A stretch of DNA of 63,911 bases from a bacterium (GTDB lineage Bacteria; SZUA-182; DTGQ01). Below the pieces are notes generated by a model that was given only the letters and a program-made list of their open reading frames with translations, had not been told where the DNA came from and did not search any database. Positions 42,904-51,583 of the stretch are shown piece after piece. Where the stretch lies: positions 1 to 63,911 of the forward strand of contig JBFMGO010000022.1 of assembly GCA_040752695.1 (NCBI GenBank), written 5' to 3'. The position numbers and the translations under genes are program-made. The number at the start of each line of letters is the position of its first letter. Position 1 is the first letter of the stretch.

Positions 42904-44220
42904 ATGAAAATTACTTTCATAAGACCAAATATCGGAAGCAAGGATCATCGGCAGTATGCTCCTTCGGATAACCTCGAGCCTCTGGCCCTGGCCATCCTGG
43001 CCGGATTGACACCGAAGGATGATGAAATCACCCTTTTCGATGACCGGATCGAGGAAATCGATTATAACTATCCTGCCGACCTGGTCGCAATTACGGTTAC
43101 CACCCATACAGCCAGACGTGCCTATCAGATTGCCGGGCAGTTTCGCCAGAGAGGAATCCCGGTCGTCATGGGAGGAGTCCATCCTTCCCTGCTGCCGGAG
43201 GAGGCCAGCCGCTATGCTGACGCCGTTGTCGTCGGTGAGGCTGAAAACACCTGGCCGCTGGTGTTAGAAGATGCCAAAACCCATCGCCTGAAGCCCCTCT
43301 ACCGGGCCGAGGAGCTTCCCCGGCTTGAGGGCCTGAAACCTGATCGGAGTATTTTTGCTCATAAACCCTATCTGCCCGTTTCGATCGTAGAATTCAGCCG
43401 GGGCTGTCCACATACCTGCGAATTTTGTTCCGGAGCGGTTCTTTTCCAAAGAAAGATACGCCACCGCCCGCATCGGGAGGTCATTGAGGAAATCCGTAAT
43501 CTGCCTAACCGATATATTCTCTTTGCCGATGACAACCTCTATGCCTGCAAGAAGGCTGCCGAAGAGCTCTTTTTAGCCCTTATTCCCTTAAAGAAGAAGT
43601 GGCTGACCCAGATTCATCTTGATTTTACCAAAGATGAAAACTTCATAGAGCTGATGTCTCGCAGTGGCTGTGTCGGTGTATTTGTCGGCTTTGAATCCCT
43701 GGACTCGAAAAATCTCGGTCAGATGAACAAAGGCGGCTCCACGATTCACCGCTATCAGGAGTGTCTGGCTACCATTCGCAAGTACGGTTTTTGTATTTAC
43801 GGATCGTTCCTGTTCGGATATGACGAAGACAGAGAGGAAACCTTCACGGAAACCCTGCGTTTTGCAGTGAAGGAGCGCTTGTTTTCGGCAGCCTTCAATC
43901 ATCTTGCTCCCTATCCCGGTACACCTCTTTATCAGCGCATGAAAAACACCGATCGCCTGCTGTACGATTCCTGGTGGAACAACCCCGGTTTTCAGTATCA
44001 CCAGTTTTCTTTTCGCCCCCGGCATCTTTCTCCTGAAAAAATGGCTGATCTGTGCCGGAAAATCAGGCGTCAATTCCATAGCTGTCCCAATATCCTGCTA
44101 AGGGCCCTTGACATGAAGACAAATGCCAGAAACCTTCGTAACCTTACCTTATTTCTGACTGTTAACTTCATCTCCCGCCGGGAGACAAGAGGAAAGCATG
44201 GACTTACATTCGGCAACTAA
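42904..44220 (+). CDS. B12-binding-domain radical SAM protein 2
   Basis: Start ATG 42904 (MKITFIRP) matches the paralogs; SRGCPHTCEFC; FADDN; VGFES; PYPGT. Confidence 0.92.
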   Translation: MKITFIRPNIGSKDHRQYAPSDNLEPLALAILAGLTPKDDEITLFDDRIEEIDYNYPADLVAITVTTHTARRAYQIAGQFRQRGIPVVMGGVHPSLLPEEASRYADAVVVGEAENTWPLVLEDAKTHRLKPLYRAEELPRLEGLKPDRSIFAHKPYLPVSIVEFSRGCPHTCEFCSGAVLFQRKIRHRPHREVIEEIRNLPNRYILFADDNLYACKKAAEELFLALIPLKKKWLTQIHLDFTKDENFIELMSRSGCVGVFVGFESLDSKNLGQMNKGGSTIHRYQECLATIRKYGFCIYGSFLFGYDEDREETFTETLRFAVKERLFSAAFNHLAPYPGTPLYQRMKNTDRLLYDSWWNNPGFQYHQFSFRPRHLSPEKMADLCRKIRRQFHSCPNILLRALDMKTNARNLRNLTLFLTVNFISRRETRGKHGLTFGN

Positions 44221-44271
44221 ACTGTTAAGCATGTAATTTTAGGGGGAAAACCCAAAGGCGAAGATCAAAAT

Positions 44272-45594
44272 ATGAAAATTACCCTGATTAGACCGGACAT
44301 GGGGATCAGAAAGAAAATATGGGGGATATTTTCGGATAATGTGGAGCCTCTGGAGTTAGCCACGCTGGCCGGATTGACGCCAAAGGAAGATGAAATAACC
44401 CTGTTTGACGACCGTATCGAGGAAATCGACTATGACCATCCTGCCGACCTGGTTGGCATTACGGTCATAGCCCATACGGCCAGACGTGCCTATCAGATTG
44501 CCGGACAGTTTCGCCAAAGAGGGGTCCCGGTCGTCATGGGAGGTGCCCATCCTTCCCTGCTGCCGCAGGAGGCAAGCCGCTACGCGGATGCAGTGGTCAT
44601 CGGCGGGGCTGAAGATACCTGGCCCCAGGTGCTCAAGGATGTTAAAGCCCATTCCCTCAAACCGCTCTATCGAGCCTCAGACCTTTCCGACCTTAAAGGG
44701 TTAAAACCCCGGCGTGACATTTATGAAAAGGGCCGCTATTCACCGGTGTCTATCGTAGAATTCAGCCGGGGATGCCCTCATACCTGTGAATTTTGTTCAG
44801 GAGCCGCTTTTTTCCAGGGAAAGGTGCGACACCGGCCGGTTCAGGACGTCATTGAAGAAATCAGCTCTCTATCCCGCAGCCAGTTCTTTTTCTTCTCTGA
44901 TGATAACCTCTACGCCCATAAGGAGGCATCCATCGAGCTTTTGAAAGCGCTGATTCCTCTGAAGAGGAAATGGATGGCCCAGATTCATCTTGATTTTTGT
45001 AAAGATGAAACGTTTATGAAGCTCCTGGCCGAAAGCGGCTGTATCGGAGTATTCATCGGCTTTGAATCCTTAAGCTCCAAAAATCTCAAACAAATGAAAA
45101 AGGGCGGCTCCATGATTCAGCGGTACAGGGAAGGTCTGGCCAGAATCCGCACCTATGGCTTTTGTATTTACGGCGCATTTCTCTTCGGATATGATGAGGA
45201 CAGAGAAGAAACCTTCGAGAAGACCTTACGTTTTGCCGTCCAGGAGCGCTTATTTGCTGCTGTCTTCACCCCCCTCCAACCCTTTCCCGGCACACCTTTA
45301 TATGAAAGGCTAAAGAGTACGGGGAGATTGCTGTACGATTCCTGGTGGAATGACCCGGACTTTCACTACCACGGATTTGCCTTTCGCCCCCGCTATCTTC
45401 ACCCAGAATCCTTCGATCTTTGCCGAAAAATCCAATGCAGTTTCTACAGCTATCCCTCGATCCTGCGCAGGGCTTTGGATTCGAAAACAAATGCCCGAAC
45501 CATGAGCAGCCTCCTTTTCTTTCTTGCCTACAATTCCATTTACCGGAGATTGCTCAAAAGGAATCCATGGTCTGAAACCTGGCAAAGCTGGTAG
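44272..45594 (+). CDS. B12-binding-domain radical SAM protein 3 (close paralog of protein 2)
   Basis: MKITLIRP; SRGCPHTCEFC; FSDDN; IGFES; PFPGT. Confidence 0.92.
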   Translation: MKITLIRPDMGIRKKIWGIFSDNVEPLELATLAGLTPKEDEITLFDDRIEEIDYDHPADLVGITVIAHTARRAYQIAGQFRQRGVPVVMGGAHPSLLPQEASRYADAVVIGGAEDTWPQVLKDVKAHSLKPLYRASDLSDLKGLKPRRDIYEKGRYSPVSIVEFSRGCPHTCEFCSGAAFFQGKVRHRPVQDVIEEISSLSRSQFFFFSDDNLYAHKEASIELLKALIPLKRKWMAQIHLDFCKDETFMKLLAESGCIGVFIGFESLSSKNLKQMKKGGSMIQRYREGLARIRTYGFCIYGAFLFGYDEDREETFEKTLRFAVQERLFAAVFTPLQPFPGTPLYERLKSTGRLLYDSWWNDPDFHYHGFAFRPRYLHPESFDLCRKIQCSFYSYPSILRRALDSKTNARTMSSLLFFLAYNSIYRRLLKRNPWSETWQSW

Positions 45595-45689
45595 TGGGGA
45601 GGGGGGAAGGGGAGGGGGAAGGAGCTGAAAGCGGGTTATTAATCTTAAGGGGGAAGGAGCAGGCTCGATTTTTAGGGTTCGGAAGCAGC

Positions 45690-45799
45690 GGGTTGGATTT
45701 ATCGAAAGGGTAAAGAATTTGGACTTCGTAACTCCCCGGCGCCAGAAATGACCAAATTCCCTGGGTTGGATTTATCGAAAGGGTAAAGAATTTGGACTT
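45690..45799. repeat. Two identical 37-bp direct repeats separated by 36 bp
   Basis: GGGTTGGATTTATCGAAAGGGTAAAGAATTTGGACTT at 45690-45726 and 45763-45799. Confidence 0.9.
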
Positions 45800-46904
45800 A
45801 CCGGAATGGTAAAGAAAAGGATTTAATCTGAGGCAGACATTCCCCGATCTTCGCATCAAGTGCAATCGAAACCACCCGCACGGGACGGGAATAGTCCGGT
45901 AAAAATCCCAGAGTCAGAAGAGCCATTCTTTCCGATAGCCGAAAGAGGGGAAAAATACTCATGATCATTTTCTTTCCCTCCCTTTTCATGGCCGAAATAA
46001 AAAGCGCCAGGCAGGTACGCAGGTGAAAGGGCCTGGTCCAGACCTGCTCGATAACCACCGAGGGAATCAACTCCCCTCCCCGAATTGCAAGGTCCAGTAT
46101 TCTGACGATTCCGATTCTCTCACCTTTTCTCCTGATTTCAAATAAGCGAAAAAACCGGCTGAAATCCGCTCCAGGAGGGCAATATTGGCTGAATTCGTTT
46201 ATGATTTTCAGGTCATAGGCTTTCTCATTCAGGATATCCTCATAAAGACGCTGTCTTGAGAGGGGGATCTCTTCGACTTCACCGCTACCTTTACCTTGAT
46301 CATCACCGCCATCGTGATCAGGCGGCTTTTCATCCTTCCACTCTCTTTGAAGGAGCCTGAGCAGGAGCTCTTCATGGCGGTTCAAATACATTTTCTCCAG
46401 CATTTTTTTCGATTCGATGCTGGCCATGGCCACAAGAGGCTTCGAGATGACAGGATAGACCCCTTTAGATTTTATCCTGGCCGCATTCAGCATGGCCGAC
46501 TGTGCATCCACAATCCCAAGGACCAGATCATACTTTTTCATTCTTGCGGTTTCAACCATGTCCATGCACATTTGAACGACTCCTGTCAGTCTCAGTGCCT
46601 GACTCATACTGCTGGCAGTCTCCTCAACCACGGAAAACCAGCTTATCAGCACGACCCGAAGGGACCTTGAGAAAATTTCCGCTCTATATCCAAGGTTCAG
46701 ACATAAACAAACAGGCTCTTTGCGGTAATACGTCGCCAAACCGTAAAATTCCAGGCTCGACCCCTGAACGGCTTCCAGATATTCCGGAGAAAAGAAATCC
46801 AAAACCAGGGTCTTTTGATACATTTTATCCCAGACCGGTCTGGCCAGAGAGCTGAATTCTCTCATTGACCCCGTGAACTGTGCGGTATAGAATATTCTGC
46901 CCAT
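45798..46904 (-). CDS. Hypothetical protein, possibly tandem GNAT/NMT-like acyltransferase fold
   Basis: 368-aa ORF closing the minus operon; strand/helix pattern (GLATYYRKEPVCLC...RVVLISWFSV; RIGIVRIL...LGF) suggests GNAT. The ORF is likely real; the fold call is weak. Confidence 0.5.
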   Translation of the reverse strand: MGRIFYTAQFTGSMREFSSLARPVWDKMYQKTLVLDFFSPEYLEAVQGSSLEFYGLATYYRKEPVCLCLNLGYRAEIFSRSLRVVLISWFSVVEETASSMSQALRLTGVVQMCMDMVETARMKKYDLVLGIVDAQSAMLNAARIKSKGVYPVISKPLVAMASIESKKMLEKMYLNRHEELLLRLLQREWKDEKPPDHDGGDDQGKGSGEVEEIPLSRQRLYEDILNEKAYDLKIINEFSQYCPPGADFSRFFRLFEIRRKGERIGIVRILDLAIRGGELIPSVVIEQVWTRPFHLRTCLALFISAMKREGKKMIMSIFPLFRLSERMALLTLGFLPDYSRPVRVVSIALDAKIGECLPQIKSFSLPFR

Positions 46905-46916
46905 CGGCTTTTCCTC

Positions 46917-47600
46917 TCAGGTATCGAAACTTACTAAAACAGTTTCACCGGCATAGACCGTATCCCCAACCTCAACCTGGATTTTGACGGCATCCTGTTC
47001 GGGAAGAAAGAGATCCACCTGTGAGCCCATCCGAATAAGACCAAACTCTTCGCCCTTAGCCAGATATTCCCCTTCTGCAATACGGCAAATGATCCGGTTA
47101 ATCCAGGCATCTGCTATCTGGGTCACGGCCACCGTGCATCGTGTTCCCTGGATAACGATCGTATTTCTTTCGTTTCTTACGATATATTCCGAGTCCTGCT
47201 CGTACGGCTTCAGGTTAAAGAAAGAAGTAAAGCCGATCTTGAGCATGGTTATGTTTCGCGGAGCCCTCAAATAATGCTTTTTGATCACTCTTCCGGCAAT
47301 GGGGGACCGGTTCCGGTGGACACTGAAAGGAGATAAAAATATCCCGAATAGATACCCATCATGATCTTTAAACTCCTCAAGACCGATGATTTCATCCAGC
47401 CTGATGGCACTTTTCTTAATGGCCAGGGGAACCTGCCCCTTTAAAACTTTCTGAATATAGATGACTTTCCCATCCGCAGGGGCAACGATGGCATCCCCTT
47501 TAGGGATATCCCTTCGAGGATTTCTGAAGAAATAGAAAAACCTCCAAAAAAGGAAAAAGGCCAGATAGATTCCTCCCGCCAGGAGAAAAAGTCTCAGCAT
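46917..47600 (-). CDS. psd: Phosphatidylserine decarboxylase family proenzyme
   Basis: N-terminal TM, FFRNP, VAPADGKV, IFLSPFSVHRNRSP, RNER, VTQIA, FGLIRMGSQVD (G/S self-cleavage). Confidence 0.9.
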   Translation of the reverse strand: MLRLFLLAGGIYLAFFLFWRFFYFFRNPRRDIPKGDAIVAPADGKVIYIQKVLKGQVPLAIKKSAIRLDEIIGLEEFKDHDGYLFGIFLSPFSVHRNRSPIAGRVIKKHYLRAPRNITMLKIGFTSFFNLKPYEQDSEYIVRNERNTIVIQGTRCTVAVTQIADAWINRIICRIAEGEYLAKGEEFGLIRMGSQVDLFLPEQDAVKIQVEVGDTVYAGETVLVSFDT

Positions 47601-47651
47601 TTCTTCCTCTTCTCTCCCCCATTTCTCTTCATTTCTCTTCCCTATTTACTA

Positions 47652-47903
47652 CTAATCAATACCGAAAGTATCAATACCGAAGCTCTTCTTGTGCTCCGTG
47701 AAGTTCCGGGCGAAAAACCCGGTTGTCTGCCGGAGTATCTTTTCATGCTTTTTGGCTGGCAAAAAGAACCTCAAGAGCCACAAACCAGCAAAAAGAACAT
47801 AGCACAGCATGACCAGGGTAAAAAGATAGAAGTCGCGCCCAAAAAAAACCAGAGACATCACGCGACCCCTCATAGTATCTATACCATTTGCTGGACGCAT
47901 CAT
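47652..47903 (-). CDS. Small single-TM hypothetical protein
   Basis: 83 aa; ATG abuts the upstream stop codon; one long hydrophobic helix. Confidence 0.5.
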   Translation of the reverse strand: MMRPANGIDTMRGRVMSLVFFGRDFYLFTLVMLCYVLFAGLWLLRFFLPAKKHEKILRQTTGFFARNFTEHKKSFGIDTFGID

Positions 47904-49013
47904 TTAAACCCTCTCGAATATTCCAGCCAGGTCAAAAGGGCGATAGCTCTGCTCCGCTACCGGGATTCCCGGCTGACAGGCAATCAACCCTGTAAGAGAA
48001 TCAAGCTCTATCACCAATGAGTAGACTGTCTGGGAGGTGCTCTTTGATCTTTCTGACAGCCTTTTCATGAATGCTGCCACATCGCTGACCTCTTGATTTT
48101 CGGGGTCATGGGCCCAATAATCTTCAAAGATCCTTTGCCGGGAATCGATGAATGGGTTTCTCCCCGCTCTTTTCCAGGAAGCCCTCCACAGATCCTTTGA
48201 GAAAAAATGATTGGCTGCATATAAAATATCTTTCTCTTCCAGGCGCTGGGTCCTGTAATCCAAAAGAGCAAGTTCCAGATGAACCGCCCGTGCTCGATTA
48301 GCTAAAAATACGTTGAATTCACCGCTTCTTTTTTCTTGAATCAAATGGCTTTGCAACTCCTCTAAAGATCCGGCCCGCTCCAGTGCCCGGCGAAACAAAA
48401 AAACCGCCGGCATGGCTTTCGGATCTGTTCTGGAACAATCGATTGAACTCTCACAAAAAAAGACACCTTTTTCCGAATAGGCGGTCAATACCCCGATAAA
48501 CCCTGGAAAGGTTATCGTAAAAAAGGCATGCCCGCCCTTTGGCCGGTAAACCGCGAACCTTATAAGTTTCTGGAAGATGGCGGCAAAGCCAAAATCCAGA
48601 TTTCTCCCGATCAGTATCCCTCTCTCCCTTGTCCTCCTCCCCGATAAGGCCACCAGCGAACAGGCAGCCACCTCAGGCACCAGATTCAGAAAATATTTCC
48701 TGATCATAGTCACAGGAAGACAGGAGGCGACCGTAGGCAGTAAATTCAAAAAATACACGGTTTCAAAGGGAATTTTACCTCCCACAGCAATTCCTTTCAT
48801 TTCCTGTACGTATTCATCGGGGAGGCAGGGAAGCATTTTTTCACCCAGATAACGAAGAATGAACCTTTTCAAGGAGGCAAATTTAACGATTCTCCTGAGT
48901 ACAATGTGCTCGATATCCTGTAATTCTTTTCTGAATGCCTGGCCATGCTGCAGGCCAATCTCATGATGGTTCCCGCTAAAATGATGAAGTGAAAAAGGGA
49001 CAGCAGGCTTCAT
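47904..49013 (-). CDS. Peptidase C45 / Ntn-hydrolase acyltransferase (AAT, acid-ceramidase-like)
   Basis: EIGLQHG, EMKGIA, autoproteolysis site A|CS, GRNLDF, FPGFIGVLT, ANHF, TVYS. Confidence 0.88.
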   Translation of the reverse strand: MKPAVPFSLHHFSGNHHEIGLQHGQAFRKELQDIEHIVLRRIVKFASLKRFILRYLGEKMLPCLPDEYVQEMKGIAVGGKIPFETVYFLNLLPTVASCLPVTMIRKYFLNLVPEVAACSLVALSGRRTRERGILIGRNLDFGFAAIFQKLIRFAVYRPKGGHAFFTITFPGFIGVLTAYSEKGVFFCESSIDCSRTDPKAMPAVFLFRRALERAGSLEELQSHLIQEKRSGEFNVFLANRARAVHLELALLDYRTQRLEEKDILYAANHFFSKDLWRASWKRAGRNPFIDSRQRIFEDYWAHDPENQEVSDVAAFMKRLSERSKSTSQTVYSLVIELDSLTGLIACQPGIPVAEQSYRPFDLAGIFERV

Positions 49014-49230
49014 TCGATTGCTTTCAGGTGCCTTTTTGATAGATTATCCTGTTGATATTGGATACTTATCGGTTTTTAAAACCCTTCATCATTACTTCGA
49101 GGAACTTCCGGAGGAAAAACTTAAAAAATAGCGGCAGAAATAGGTTTTATCCAGTGACAATACAGATTTGTCATGCCTTAAACGAATGATGGGCTGCAAC
49201 CATATGCAGTATTTACGTTTTAAAGCGCTC

Positions 49231-50352
49231 TTACAGCATACCGCATTCAAGATAGGGGAACCTCTCTGGTTCCAGTTTGTCAACAACCGATCCGGATTTA
49301 TTCCAGTCTACAAGGTAAATCCTGCTCCTGTATACGAGGTGTGGAATCTTTCGAAGGACATTCCTGAGGGGATTTTTCTCGTGGAGGCCGATCAGAAAAA
49401 ATGGATAATCATGCAGGCTGGCTGAAAATTGGTTTAAAAAGCTGGTAAACAAATAAGGATCGTTATCCCTTACCGCCCAGAAGGAAAGCGTAAAAAATTT
49501 CAAGATTGTTCCCGGCCTGACGAGGGCAGGGTATCCCAGGCTGGCCAGAAGTGACGAGAGGGGAGAACAGAATTTGAGGATTCCCTTATATCCCTGGATG
49601 ATATATTGTTTATACTTCTTCTGGTCCCAGGCTGCTCCGGCTGCCAGGATCTCGCCTCCTTGACCGTACAGGATAAAAAAATCTTCATAGGTTAAGCCGG
49701 GATATTTTTCATGGGTACAGTCTTCGCTTATAAGCTCTTCCCTCTCGATAACGGGGAAAAATTGATACTTTTTCCCTTGATAATTCAAGAACTTGACCAG
49801 CGCCGGAATATCGGTTTTTTCCGTCCTTTTAAAGTGGAAGGGATGCTTTTGCTTATCCTTTCTCTTTGTCTTGATGGTATATACCTCATAGAGCCCGAAA
49901 GGCTCGTATGCGGGCATACATGCTCTTTTTTTCTCAAGAAGTTTTTGCGCATAAAGGTTTTCTTCCAGAATGGTAGTAAGGAACAGCGGAACATCCTGAT
50001 GAAGGGAATGGAGAAAATGATAACCCCTCGAAAGGAGGGCATAGGTTTTTTTATATTCTTTTCTCTCCCGCAAGGCAAAAAGATACCCTGCTTTTTCTTC
50101 TTTTCCATTGATGTACAGCTTTCGCACTCCGCAGGCGCCAAATCCTACGATTTTATTCTTTTGGGAGTCTTTGCATACTACAATGCTTACTTCATCGCCC
50201 TCTTTTTTCAAAGAAGCATAGGCATTTGGTCTTCTTGTATAAAGGATCGATATTCTCCCCTTGAAATCGTTTTGTTCGAGGATTTCGAGGATCTGCTCTT
50301 TATCTTCGGGCTGGCCAAGCCCAAAGGAAAATCTTCTGGTTGATTGACTCAT
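49231..50352 (-). CDS. GNAT-like acyltransferase
   Basis: YTRRPN, IVGFG...RKLYING...AGYLFALR, TTILEEN..A; second half ILAAGAAWDQ. ATG 50352 has a GGAG SD; the ORF track starts at 50439. Confidence 0.7.
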   Translation of the reverse strand: MSQSTRRFSFGLGQPEDKEQILEILEQNDFKGRISILYTRRPNAYASLKKEGDEVSIVVCKDSQKNKIVGFGACGVRKLYINGKEEKAGYLFALRERKEYKKTYALLSRGYHFLHSLHQDVPLFLTTILEENLYAQKLLEKKRACMPAYEPFGLYEVYTIKTKRKDKQKHPFHFKRTEKTDIPALVKFLNYQGKKYQFFPVIEREELISEDCTHEKYPGLTYEDFFILYGQGGEILAAGAAWDQKKYKQYIIQGYKGILKFCSPLSSLLASLGYPALVRPGTILKFFTLSFWAVRDNDPYLFTSFLNQFSASLHDYPFFLIGLHEKNPLRNVLRKIPHLVYRSRIYLVDWNKSGSVVDKLEPERFPYLECGML

Positions 50353-50439
50353 CACACAACGCTCCCTTTCAAAAGATCTGCCGAAGACTGCTTTCCTGTT
50401 AAAGGAACCTGCCGGGACCGGTGGACATACAGAGGCCAT

Positions 50440-51531
50440 TCATATGATGCCCCTTTTTGCCCGGCATCCCTCTTTGGTTACAAATCCCAGATGCGGTGAG
50501 CGATACATCTTTTCCCAGACCGTCCTTAACCTTTCGGTTCTTATGTTGCCGAAAGACTTCCGTGAGCATTCACATGGCGTGATATCACCATAAGGGGAGA
50601 TGTAAAGCCTGGTGGCACCTGCCGTACATCCAAAACTCACATCACAGAAGAATGGGTAATAAAATATGCCAAACCGATACTTATTATTCCTGTTTACTTT
50701 TTTGACCAGGGCATAAAATTCGTCATCGAGGAAGTCATGGTAAAAAGCCATCTTTTCAGGATCATATTCTTTACTCAAAAATACTTCGCAAACCCCTAAA
50801 GTTTTGCAGAGTTCAAAGATGCCGGATAAATCCTCAACCGTTGTCTTTGGCGTTATGGTAGTAGACACGCCAAGAAGCATCCCTTTCTTTTTGGCCTGGA
50901 TGATCCCCTGGACTGCTTTTTCAAACAGCCCTTTTTGTCTTCTGAAGGCATTGTGCTTTTCCGCCTCTGGAAAATCGATGCTGACCATGATTCTCTTCAA
51001 ACCTGCCTTTTTCAGGCCGGAGGCATTTTCTGTCAGTAAACTTCCATTGGTAAAGAGAAGGAGATTGACCTTTGCCGTATCAGTCAACTGGATTATTTCC
51101 ATGAGGTCACGGTTCATGAGCGGTTCTCCACCAAGCAAATTTATGGTGGAAACGCCAAGTTCCTGACATTCGGTAATGCATCTTAAAATCTCTTCCCGGC
51201 TCAAGGGAATTTTATCCTGCCTGATACTTTTCAGAATGCAATGTTCGCAATGACTGTTACATAGATCGGTAACAGCTAAATTAACCCCAAAGGGAATCCG
51301 GACATTGAGGAGCGATTCAAACGTCATTCTCATTAAAAAGTTCCTGTACTGATCACTCAACAGCGCTGGCATAAGTAACGAATAAACCGGTTTTCCCTTT
51401 TCAAATCCTATTATTTTCTTATGCCCTAATTGTTTTTCATACATTTCATCAATAAACGTATTATAAAAACTCAATCCATTCCCTACGACCGACAGTTTTT
51501 TTCGTGCGCTGCTCCACAGTTGAGTCCACAT
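50440..51531 (-). CDS. Radical SAM protein with twitch/SPASM domain
   Basis: TDLCNSHCEHC, GGEPL, FTNG, VSID; GCTAG-x5-ISPYGDITPC...FGNIR. Confidence 0.9.
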   Translation of the reverse strand: MWTQLWSSARKKLSVVGNGLSFYNTFIDEMYEKQLGHKKIIGFEKGKPVYSLLMPALLSDQYRNFLMRMTFESLLNVRIPFGVNLAVTDLCNSHCEHCILKSIRQDKIPLSREEILRCITECQELGVSTINLLGGEPLMNRDLMEIIQLTDTAKVNLLLFTNGSLLTENASGLKKAGLKRIMVSIDFPEAEKHNAFRRQKGLFEKAVQGIIQAKKKGMLLGVSTTITPKTTVEDLSGIFELCKTLGVCEVFLSKEYDPEKMAFYHDFLDDEFYALVKKVNRNNKYRFGIFYYPFFCDVSFGCTAGATRLYISPYGDITPCECSRKSFGNIRTERLRTVWEKMYRSPHLGFVTKEGCRAKRGII

Positions 51532-51583
51532 TATTATAAGCTCCGTTCAAGGCTGTTTTTCCAAAAGAATATCCTAATTATCA

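Noticed and set aside
45690..45799. CRISPR array call
   Set aside because: Only two repeats, no cas genes or leader, atypical termini, and the spacer is partly complementary to the repeat; kept as a repeat finding.
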